33,138 bases of DNA from Fimbriimonadaceae bacterium. Lineage in GTDB: Bacteria; Armatimonadota; Fimbriimonadia; Fimbriimonadales; Fimbriimonadaceae. Made by a program: the position numbers and the translations under genes. Below the pieces are notes generated by a model that had not been told where the DNA came from, did not search any database, and saw only the letters and a program-made list of their open reading frames with translations. Shown here piece after piece: positions 18,125-25,254 of the stretch; position 1 is the first letter of the stretch, and every line of letters starts with the position of its first letter. Location of the stretch: the NCBI GenBank assembly GCA_035576225.1, contig DATLWQ010000304.1, positions 1 to 33,138 of the forward strand, read 5' to 3'.

Positions 18125-18600
18125 GCCTTGAATCCTTTCTTGCGGTCGAGTTCTCCCGATTTGTCCACGATCAGCACGCCAAGCGCGTTCTCAGTGATCT
18201 CGAAGGAGTCGAGCGGGCGCGGCGCCGGGCCTGCGTAGTTCGTGCCGTCGTGGTGGTACTTGCTGCCGTGGCACGGGCAGAAAAAGCCGTTCGTCGCCGG
18301 GTCGGAGCGGACAGTACAGCCCAGGTGGGTGCAGACCGCCGAGATCGCGAGCAGTTTGTCGCCGTCGCGGACGATGAAGACCTTCTGGTCCTTCAGGAAC
18401 GTCGCCGTCCCATCCGGGAAGTCGTCGAGTTTGCCGACGCGGAACTTGTTTGGCTTGCCGTATTCGACGTTCGGCACGAGGAACCGCAGGGAGCCGATCA
18501 TGATCAGGAAAAGCGTGGTGCAGAAGGTCCACAGACCGGCCAGGAACAGCCTCCTGGTCGTCTTTTCGGACTTCGTCTCGGGCCCGCGCTTCACAGTCAC
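18121..18600 (-). CDS. Rieske [2Fe-2S] subunit with Tat-type signal anchor
   Basis: ORF 18121..18912 trimmed to GTG 18600 ([22 protein letters not shown]...), with an alternative GTG at 18594. GGAGGG lies just upstream, and the GTG overlaps the preceding stop as GTGA. Cluster motifs CTHLGC and CPCHGS are present, with a twin-Arg TRRLFL. Confidence 0.88.
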   Translation of the reverse strand: MTVKRGPETKSEKTTRRLFLAGLWTFCTTLFLIMIGSLRFLVPNVEYGKPNKFRVGKLDDFPDGTATFLKDQKVFIVRDGDKLLAISAVCTHLGCTVRSDPATNGFFCPCHGSKYHHDGTNYAGPAPRPLDSFEITENALGVLIVDKSGELDRKKGFKA

Positions 18601-20450
18601 ATGCCCTCCTGATAGCGGCCCATCCACATCGCGTCGACGGGGCATCGTTCGACGCAGAGGCCACACCTCGTGCACAGTTCTTCGTCTTTCAGCATTGCAT
18701 ACCATCCGGGGCCGTCGTATGAGCGGTCGGACGCCATGTCTTCGAGCGTCATTGAGTGCCGCTTTTGTGCGAGGTCCTTCAACTTGTCGTCCACGTCGAC
18801 GTTGTCGACCGGCACGATCCGCAGACAACCGTACGGGCAGACGTCGACGCATCCGCCGCACAGGACGCACTTGTCCCAGTCGACCATCGGGCTCAGGTTG
18901 CACTTGAGGCAACGCTGTGCCTCACGTACCGCCTCCATCCGCGAGAAGCCGACCTCGACCTCCGTGATGCCGACCCGCCGATCCATCGGGAGCGTCTTGA
19001 TCTCCTGCCTTGGTATGTAATCGTAGTCCTTGGCCATGTGGTGCGTCTGCAGGCGAATGACCTGCGGCTCCCTGTGCCTCGGGTCTGGCGCTTCGGCGCC
19101 CGTCAAGTACCGATGGATCTCGAAGGCCGCCTTGCGTCCGTCTGCGACCGCCTCGATCGCGGTCCTTGCTCCAAACGCCGCATCGCCGCCCGCGAACACG
19201 CCGGGGATCGAGGTCGCCATCGTGTCGGGATCGGTCTTGAGCAGCCCGCGCGAGGTGAGCGTGGCCCGGCTTTCGTCGCTCAGGAAGGAGAGGTCCGTCT
19301 CCTGGCCGATCGCCAGCAGGATCGTGTCGCAGTCGAACGTCGACTCCGACCCTTCTTCGAACTTCGGGGAGAACCGGCCCCTATCGTCGAACACCGAAAG
19401 GCAGCGCCTCGTCACGAGCCCCGCGCACTTGCCGTCCCTTGCCTCGACCTCGACCGGCCCGACGGAGTTGTGGAGCACGATGCCCTCGTTCAGCGCTTCG
19501 ACGATCTCCTCTTCATAGGCCGGCATCTCCTCCGGTGACTCCAGGCACATCAAGTGGACCTCCGTCGCGCCAGACCGCTTCGCGATCCTCGCGACGTCGA
19601 CCGCCGGACCGAGCGCGACGCCCGTCGTCGCCTTAGCCGTGTCCTCGGCCGTCAGTTCGAGCGGCCCGCGGATCGCCGTCCTAGCGACGTCCATCGCGAC
19701 GTTTCCGCCGCCGATGACGACGACCCGCTGCCCAATCTCCACCTTATAACCTAGGTTTTGGTTGAGGAGAAAATCGATTCCGTTGATGACGCCGTCGCTC
19801 TCGATGCCTGCGATCGGCAGTCCGCGCCCCTTCTGCGCACCGACCCCCAGGAAAACCGCGTCATAACCGCCGCTGAGCAGATCTTCGAGCGAGATATCGT
19901 CGCCGATGCGACAGTTCGTGCGGAGATCCACGCCGACCGAGAGCAGCGACTCGATCTCCTTGTTCATGATGTCCCGCGGGAGCCTGTACTCGGGGATTCC
20001 GTGCACCAGCATCCCGCCCGGACGGTCGCTCGCTTCGAAGAGCGTCGCCTGAAAGCCGAGCAGCGTCAGGTCGTGAGCGGCAGTCAGGCCCGCCGGGCCC
20101 GCGCCGATGACGGCGACCTTCTTCTTCGTCTTGTTGAGCCCGTCAAAGTCGCCGCCGGACTTGAATCCTGCGCTCGAATGGTCTGCCGCCGCCCGCTTCA
20201 GCCCGCGGATCGAGATCGGGTCGTCGTGCTTGCCGCGCCGACACGCGAACTCGCACGGGTGGCCGCAGATCCTCGCGCAAATGTTGACGAACGGGTTGGG
20301 GAAGCGGGCTATCTCGTACGCTGCATCGAAGTCGTTCCTGGCGATCGCCTCGATGTACCCTTGTGCGTTTGTTTCTACTGGGCACGCGCCACGGCAACTG
20401 ACGAGTGACCTGAGCCACTTCGAGTCCATGGCACGTGCCCTGTATTTCAT
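18597..20450 (-). CDS. GltD-like (glutamate synthase small-subunit family) FAD/NAD(P)-dependent oxidoreductase with a C-terminal 2x[4Fe-4S] ferredoxin domain
   Basis: 617 aa. The N-terminal Cys cluster is CRGACPVETN...CARICGHPCEFACRRG. Two Rossmann GxGxxG motifs are present (VAVIGAGPAGLTAA, VVVIGGGNVAMDVA), plus a GMLVHGIPEYRLP block. Two C-terminal CxxCxxCxxxCP motifs are present (CVLCGGCVDVCP, CTRCGLCVERCP). No signal peptide, so it is predicted cytoplasmic. Confidence 0.88.
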   Translation of the reverse strand: MKYRARAMDSKWLRSLVSCRGACPVETNAQGYIEAIARNDFDAAYEIARFPNPFVNICARICGHPCEFACRRGKHDDPISIRGLKRAAADHSSAGFKSGGDFDGLNKTKKKVAVIGAGPAGLTAAHDLTLLGFQATLFEASDRPGGMLVHGIPEYRLPRDIMNKEIESLLSVGVDLRTNCRIGDDISLEDLLSGGYDAVFLGVGAQKGRGLPIAGIESDGVINGIDFLLNQNLGYKVEIGQRVVVIGGGNVAMDVARTAIRGPLELTAEDTAKATTGVALGPAVDVARIAKRSGATEVHLMCLESPEEMPAYEEEIVEALNEGIVLHNSVGPVEVEARDGKCAGLVTRRCLSVFDDRGRFSPKFEEGSESTFDCDTILLAIGQETDLSFLSDESRATLTSRGLLKTDPDTMATSIPGVFAGGDAAFGARTAIEAVADGRKAAFEIHRYLTGAEAPDPRHREPQVIRLQTHHMAKDYDYIPRQEIKTLPMDRRVGITEVEVGFSRMEAVREAQRCLKCNLSPMVDWDKCVLCGGCVDVCPYGCLRIVPVDNVDVDDKLKDLAQKRHSMTLEDMASDRSYDGPGWYAMLKDEELCTRCGLCVERCPVDAMWMGRYQEGM

Positions 20451-20481
20451 GCGTTCATGTTCCTTTCAATTTCGCGCTCTG

Positions 20482-21849
20482 TTAGAACGCGAATCTGAAG
20501 AAAACCCCCAGACTGTCGTCGCCGTTGACGTCTCTAGTGTATTCGCCTGCGATCGCAAAGTTGGTTCGCAGGAAGTGCGTGTAGTTGAACGTGTACGACT
20601 CGTGCTGCCAGTCGGGGTTGTCGCCCGAGTTGACGCGGTCGTAGCGCGCGGTGACGATGTCGTTGGGTCCAGTAATGAACCCGAGTTGTGCGAAGTAGCC
20701 GCTGACGTCCATCGGAGTCGAGTTGACCACCGCGGTCGGGTTGTCCGCCCTACCAGTGACGGCAGCCGCCTCAAAGATATACGGTTTCTGATTATTGCCC
20801 GCTTTCTTGATCGGCTTGCCGAACTGCCAGGTCAGGTCCGCACCGTAGAAGTGGAACTTGTTCTCGAACTCCGCCAGGGTGTTCGGATCCTGGACGATCG
20901 TCCGACCTGAGTAGCCAAAGAGTCCGAGTTGCGAGTCGTTGTCGAAGTTGAACCCGACGCGGGCCCAGTAGTCGGTGACCCCCGGCGAGGACGTGATTGG
21001 GGCGTTCGGATCGTCTGACTGGCCTTCTGTGCTCCCGTCGGAGATCGCGACCTCCCAGATCATTCCTTTCATGGAGTCGTAGGGGTCGCCCTGGTCTCCA
21101 AGTTGGAGGTCTTGTCCGCCCGCGAAGCCGTTCACCGGCACCAGTTTGTTCTGGGAGTCGCCGGAGGCTCCGTCGTCGCCGCTGGACGGGTTGCCCTTGA
21201 CGAGATCGGAGGTGATGGTCGAGCCGACGGTGCCGAACAGCCGTATGCCGCCGACGATGTGGTCGAGCGCGAACCCGCCCACGTTGACGTCATAGATGCT
21301 GTACGGTGCGTCCGTCAGGCTGAACTCGTTGCTGAGGCCGTTCTCCATCAGGTCGAGCAGACCGACCTGCAGAAAGACGTTCTGGCCGCCGAGGAAACTG
21401 AAGACGGCGTTGGCCTTCTTGACCGCAGCCTCTCCGTCCTCGACCGAGATCTCGCTGAAGAACCCCATGTTCGGGGCCAGCGTCCCTCCGGCCAGCAGTT
21501 CTGCCTCGTTGAAGAAGTCAAACGAGTTGCGGTCGCTTGCGTTCACCCATTCGGGGAACGACATCGAACTCTTCAGTTGGATCGCGAACGGGATGCTCGA
21601 GGGCAGGCTGAAGTTGGGGTCCTCGTCGGCGTAGATCTTCTTCGTCTTCGAGTCGCCCGGCTGTTGATAGCCGCTCATCCTAAAGTTCTTCCCGAACGTC
21701 GTCAACTTCGGAAACCCGATGTGACAGCGCGCGCATGTCGTGTGATACTTTCTTGCGAATTCTGGTATTGCCTGCGCCGTCTCCGCCACTCCGAAGAGAG
21801 CGACTGCGCAGAGTGTGACCAGGTAACCCATTCTATGTGTTGCTTTCAT
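20482..21849 (-). CDS. monohaem cytochrome c fused to a predicted outer-membrane beta-barrel (Cyc2/Cyt572-like cytochrome-porin)
   Basis: 455 aa with a signal peptide (...GVAETAQA/IPEF). A single CARCH sits at residues 39-43 (nt 21721-21735) within FARKYHTTCARCHIGFPKLTTFGKNFRMSGY. The rest is Gly/Asp/Asn/aromatic-rich with alternating pattern, ending in an OMP-type C-terminus GVFFRFAF. Confidence 0.65.
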   Translation of the reverse strand: MKATHRMGYLVTLCAVALFGVAETAQAIPEFARKYHTTCARCHIGFPKLTTFGKNFRMSGYQQPGDSKTKKIYADEDPNFSLPSSIPFAIQLKSSMSFPEWVNASDRNSFDFFNEAELLAGGTLAPNMGFFSEISVEDGEAAVKKANAVFSFLGGQNVFLQVGLLDLMENGLSNEFSLTDAPYSIYDVNVGGFALDHIVGGIRLFGTVGSTITSDLVKGNPSSGDDGASGDSQNKLVPVNGFAGGQDLQLGDQGDPYDSMKGMIWEVAISDGSTEGQSDDPNAPITSSPGVTDYWARVGFNFDNDSQLGLFGYSGRTIVQDPNTLAEFENKFHFYGADLTWQFGKPIKKAGNNQKPYIFEAAAVTGRADNPTAVVNSTPMDVSGYFAQLGFITGPNDIVTARYDRVNSGDNPDWQHESYTFNYTHFLRTNFAIAGEYTRDVNGDDSLGVFFRFAF

Positions 21850-21917
21850 GTACTATCTTCCGTTTCAGTACTTACTTACTGTTTTTGTTTGACTTACAAA
21901 GTGTCCAAGCCCCGTTC

Positions 21918-22529
21918 CTACGTCTTCACCTTCAGCAGGATCGTCGTGTTGCCCGTCGCTCCGACGGTGATGCTCTCATCGGTCGAACCCGTAGGAGTCC
22001 ACACCTTCAGAGTGTACGAGCCGGCCGGCACGTCCGGGATCTTGAAAAGACCGGACTTGTCGGTCACGGCGAAGAACGGGTTGTCCAGGACTGCGATGTA
22101 TCCTTTCATCGCCGCATGGATGTGGCACCTGACTGCAACGACTCCGAACTTGTCAAACGTGACGTCGGAGTACTTGCCTTTGTCAGGCTGGCTGATGTTG
22201 AACTTGAAGAGGCGAGAATTCGCGTAGACGTTGTGGAGAAACGGGTCGGAGTTCAGGAACCGCACTGTCGTGCCTACCATGATCGCGAGCGTGTCAGGGA
22301 CGAACGTCTTGTCCTTCTGGTCCATGAGCACTGGCTTTTCCGGCGCTTTGAACTTGCCGGGCACCGACGCGATGTAGACGACCGCGCCCGTAACTCTCTT
22401 GCCATCGACGGTCGATTGGACTGCACCCTGGACGTTGCCTGCCATGGCAAATGGGGCCAACGTCGCGACCACCGCGAGGGCGGTCAGAGCCCGCTGGGAG
22501 AGTCCTCGGTTGCGTAACATTTCTTTCAT
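21918..22529 (-). CDS. periplasmic cupredoxin-like (type-1 copper) protein flanked by carboxypeptidase-regulatory-like beta-sandwich segments
   Basis: 203 aa with a signal peptide (ALTALAVVATLAPFAMA). The candidate Cu ligand set is His99 (SDPFLHNV) plus Cys135-x2-His138-x2-Met141 (VRCHIHAAMKG, nt 22107-22127). The C-terminal GLFKIPDVPAGSYTLKVW resembles a CarboxypepD_reg-like segment. AAGGAG abuts ATG 22529, so the second ATG (22520) may be the true start. Confidence 0.65.
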   Translation of the reverse strand: MKEMLRNRGLSQRALTALAVVATLAPFAMAGNVQGAVQSTVDGKRVTGAVVYIASVPGKFKAPEKPVLMDQKDKTFVPDTLAIMVGTTVRFLNSDPFLHNVYANSRLFKFNISQPDKGKYSDVTFDKFGVVAVRCHIHAAMKGYIAVLDNPFFAVTDKSGLFKIPDVPAGSYTLKVWTPTGSTDESITVGATGNTTILLKVKT

Positions 22530-22558
22530 GCTCCTTGCGAACGTTCTAGTTCGCTCTA

Positions 22559-22574
22559 GTTGAACTTTGTCACA
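22559..22574. promoter_or_regulatory. Crp/Fnr-family-like site GTTGA-ACTTTG-TCACA (TGA-N6-TCA core)
   Basis: The minus strand reads TGTGA-CAAAGT-TCAAC, matching 8 of 10 positions of the CRP half-sites. The site is centred 37 nt upstream of the cupredoxin ATG. It overlaps the tandem 10-bp repeat CGTTCTAGTT/CGCTCTAGTT at 22542-22561. Confidence 0.35.
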
Positions 22575-22590
22575 CGGGCCATCTGACCCG

Positions 22591-22606
22591 TATGACCGTG
22601 GTCATA
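22591..22606. promoter_or_regulatory. perfect 16-bp palindrome TATGACCGTGGTCATA (TGA-N6-TCA core), candidate Crp/Fnr-family operator
   Basis: Perfect dyad in the divergent intergenic region between the respiratory operon and the ccmF-like gene, 32 bp centre-to-centre from the 22559-22574 site. A second dyad overlaps it: ACCGTGG (22595-22601) with CCACGGT (22613-22619). Confidence 0.45.
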
Positions 22607-22752
22607 CCTATGCCACGGTGCCATTTCTAGACTCAAATGCCTGTTCCAACGATACTCCAACGGTCCTAGGATGCACAATGGGTGCAGGCGTCCCGCCGAG
22701 CAGCGCGCACACCGGGTGCGAGCAGGTCGAGCGCAGAGGCGCCAGCCTTGTG

Positions 22753-25248
22753 ATGAGCCAGTTTTCTCAGCCTCTTCCGTTTTGGATATCGTTCGGCTCC
22801 CTCGCCGCAGCCTTGGTGGTCGTCGGAGTCGTTGCCTTCGCGGGCTGTGCGCTCTTGTATGCTTTTGGAAAAGAGACGGCGCTCGCCAAGAAGATCGGCA
22901 ACGTCTGCTTTGCGACCGGCATCGGCACCCTCGTCTTCGCGATGGTCGCGCACCTCTCACTGATCCTGACCAAGCAGTACTCCTTCCAGTACGTGTGGAC
23001 GCACACCAGCAACGAACTGCCGTTCATCTATAGGCTTTCGGCCGCGTGGGCGGGCCAGGAGGGGAGTTTCCTGCTGTGGGCGGCCATGACCGGAATCATA
23101 GGAGCGATCGTCGTACGTTGGACGGGGAAGTACCGCCGCTGGTATCTCGTCAGCCTCGCCGGCGTCCTCGCCTGCCTCATGGGCATCCTCGCCTACGAAT
23201 CGCCTTTCAGACTGATCACGATCACCCCAGAACTGATGGCCGCGCTCCCCGCAGGAGTCACGATGGTCCTCCCTCCTGACGGCCAGGGCCTCAACCCCTC
23301 GCTCGTCAGCCCATGGATGGTCATCCATCCCTGGATCATCTTTGCGGGCTTCGGTTCGCTCGGCGCTCTCTTCGCCTGGTCGGTCTCGGCAGCCGTCTCC
23401 GCAGACTGGGACGGCTGGGCCAAGGCGGTCCGGCCAGTCGTGATCCTTTCGATGAGCCTGATCGGCCTCGGCCTGGTCTTCGGCGGCGTTTGGGCGTACG
23501 AGACCCTCGGGTGGGGAGGGTTCTGGGCGTGGGACCCGGTCGAGAACGTCGCGCTCGTCCCCTGGCTGCTTTCGATCGTCTTCGCGCACGGGCTCTACAT
23601 CCAGAACCACCGCCACAAGTGGACCCGGTTCAACCTCGTCATGGGCGCGCTGCCGTTCCTCTCGTTCGCCTGGGGCACGCTATTAACAAGGAGTGGAGCC
23701 CTCACAGCCGTCAGCGTCCACAGTTTCGCCCGTATGGAGGAGGGCGCGCACGGAATCATGTTCTGGCTCGTGCGGTCAATCGTCCTCATCGTCCTCTTCG
23801 GAGGTGGCTTTGTGGCGGCCCGCAAGATTCGTGCAGCCGAAGAAGGTTCGGATGCACGGGCGGCATCCCCGCTGAGCATCGTCTTGGTCGCCGTCGCGTT
23901 CTTCATAGTGGCCGCAATCGTGTTCGCTGTCCTCACGTCCGCCGGAGAGGGGCGCTCGTTCCAGTGGTCGGTCTATAGCGGCTTTCTGATCTCTCTGGTC
24001 GTCGGTCTCGCGGCGTTCCTCGCAGGCGTCCTAGTCGGCAAAGCCGCCGCACCGGCCGTCGCTTCCGGACGCGAGGAGGTCGCCGAACACCGCACCAAGG
24101 CGATCGCGATCGGGATGGCTCTTGTTGCAGTCCCCGGCGTGCTCGCGGCGATTGGTTCAGCCGTCCCGCTGTTTGCGACCATCGTCTCCAAAAAACCCAG
24201 TGTCGTCGAGGAGGGAACCTACAACCGCTCGCTCGGCGCGTTCCTCGTCCTTATATTAATCGTCGTCGGCATCGCGCCCTTCATGGGCTGGACCGCCACC
24301 AAGCGAGAGCGCATCGCCAGGGTCCTTCTCTCGTCCGGCATCGGCCTGGTGCTCGCCGTCGCCTCCGTCTTCGTACTCAGGAAGTTCGACCTCACGCGTC
24401 CTGACGGCGTGCCGATGAAGGCACAAGAACTTGTCCTCTATGAGGCCATCATCGCAGCCTGGCTCTTCGCCGTCGTCGCCAACGCAGTCCGCCTGTTCGA
24501 GCGGATGAAGGCCAAGACCGGCAACCCCGGCCCCTTTCTCGCGCACGCTGGTGTCGCTCTCGTCCTGTTAGGAATCGTAGTGTCGAGGGCCTTCGGCAGG
24601 CAACAGACCGGCATCGTCGCGGTCGGCGAGCCGGCGACAGTCATTGGCGCACAGTTGAGCGTCCCCTCCGAACCCTCGCAGACCGCAATGCTCAAGCCCG
24701 GAAACAAGGTGCCGTTCAAACTGGAGTGGGCCAAGCGAGACTACACTCTGTCGCCCGTAGTCTACGAACAGCCTACGGCGATGGGAAGCCTCCAGCCCGT
24801 CACGAGGCCCGACATCCGTTCGACTCCGTTCTACGACCTCTACCTCTCGGTCGCGGACATGGTCAAGGACTACGTGGACCCAGTCCGTTTCGGGCTCGGC
24901 GACACCAAGGCCGTCGGCGACTTCATGTTCACGCTCGCATCGCTCCAGCAGCAGACGCCGTCGACCGCCGTCGCGACCTTCAACGTCCGCAACTCCGACG
25001 GCGAGACGCGCACGTTCAGAGTGCAGCGCGGCACCGCGGACGGCACCTCGGACCCTGTCCCGTTCGCGGACTTTGTGGGCATGCGGCTCGACTCGGCTGA
25101 CGTCGCGAGCGGCTCAGTCGTCCTCTCGACCCCCTATGAGCGACCGGTGTTTCCCGTCGAACTCATGTTCCGTCCCATGACGGTATTGGTCTGGATCGGG
25201 GCTTTGGCGACCATGATGGGCATGGTCTTCGTCTATCGGCGCAAATGA
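22753..25248 (+). CDS. ccmF: CcmF/NrfE-family cytochrome c haem lyase, extended (831 aa)
   Basis: ORF 22567..25248 trimmed to ATG 22753 (MSQFSQPLPFWISFG...). The Trp-rich haem-handling motif is WAYETLGWGGFWAWDPVENVALVPWL. CcmF-like blocks are seen throughout (AAWAGQEGSFLLW, LNPSLVSPWMVIHPW, LLTRSGALTAVSVHSFA), with a C-terminal TM matching the CcmF end. Confidence 0.88.
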   Translation: MSQFSQPLPFWISFGSLAAALVVVGVVAFAGCALLYAFGKETALAKKIGNVCFATGIGTLVFAMVAHLSLILTKQYSFQYVWTHTSNELPFIYRLSAAWAGQEGSFLLWAAMTGIIGAIVVRWTGKYRRWYLVSLAGVLACLMGILAYESPFRLITITPELMAALPAGVTMVLPPDGQGLNPSLVSPWMVIHPWIIFAGFGSLGALFAWSVSAAVSADWDGWAKAVRPVVILSMSLIGLGLVFGGVWAYETLGWGGFWAWDPVENVALVPWLLSIVFAHGLYIQNHRHKWTRFNLVMGALPFLSFAWGTLLTRSGALTAVSVHSFARMEEGAHGIMFWLVRSIVLIVLFGGGFVAARKIRAAEEGSDARAASPLSIVLVAVAFFIVAAIVFAVLTSAGEGRSFQWSVYSGFLISLVVGLAAFLAGVLVGKAAAPAVASGREEVAEHRTKAIAIGMALVAVPGVLAAIGSAVPLFATIVSKKPSVVEEGTYNRSLGAFLVLILIVVGIAPFMGWTATKRERIARVLLSSGIGLVLAVASVFVLRKFDLTRPDGVPMKAQELVLYEAIIAAWLFAVVANAVRLFERMKAKTGNPGPFLAHAGVALVLLGIVVSRAFGRQQTGIVAVGEPATVIGAQLSVPSEPSQTAMLKPGNKVPFKLEWAKRDYTLSPVVYEQPTAMGSLQPVTRPDIRSTPFYDLYLSVADMVKDYVDPVRFGLGDTKAVGDFMFTLASLQQQTPSTAVATFNVRNSDGETRTFRVQRGTADGTSDPVPFADFVGMRLDSADVASGSVVLSTPYERPVFPVELMFRPMTVLVWIGALATMMGMVFVYRRK

Positions 25249-25254
25249 CGCGCA

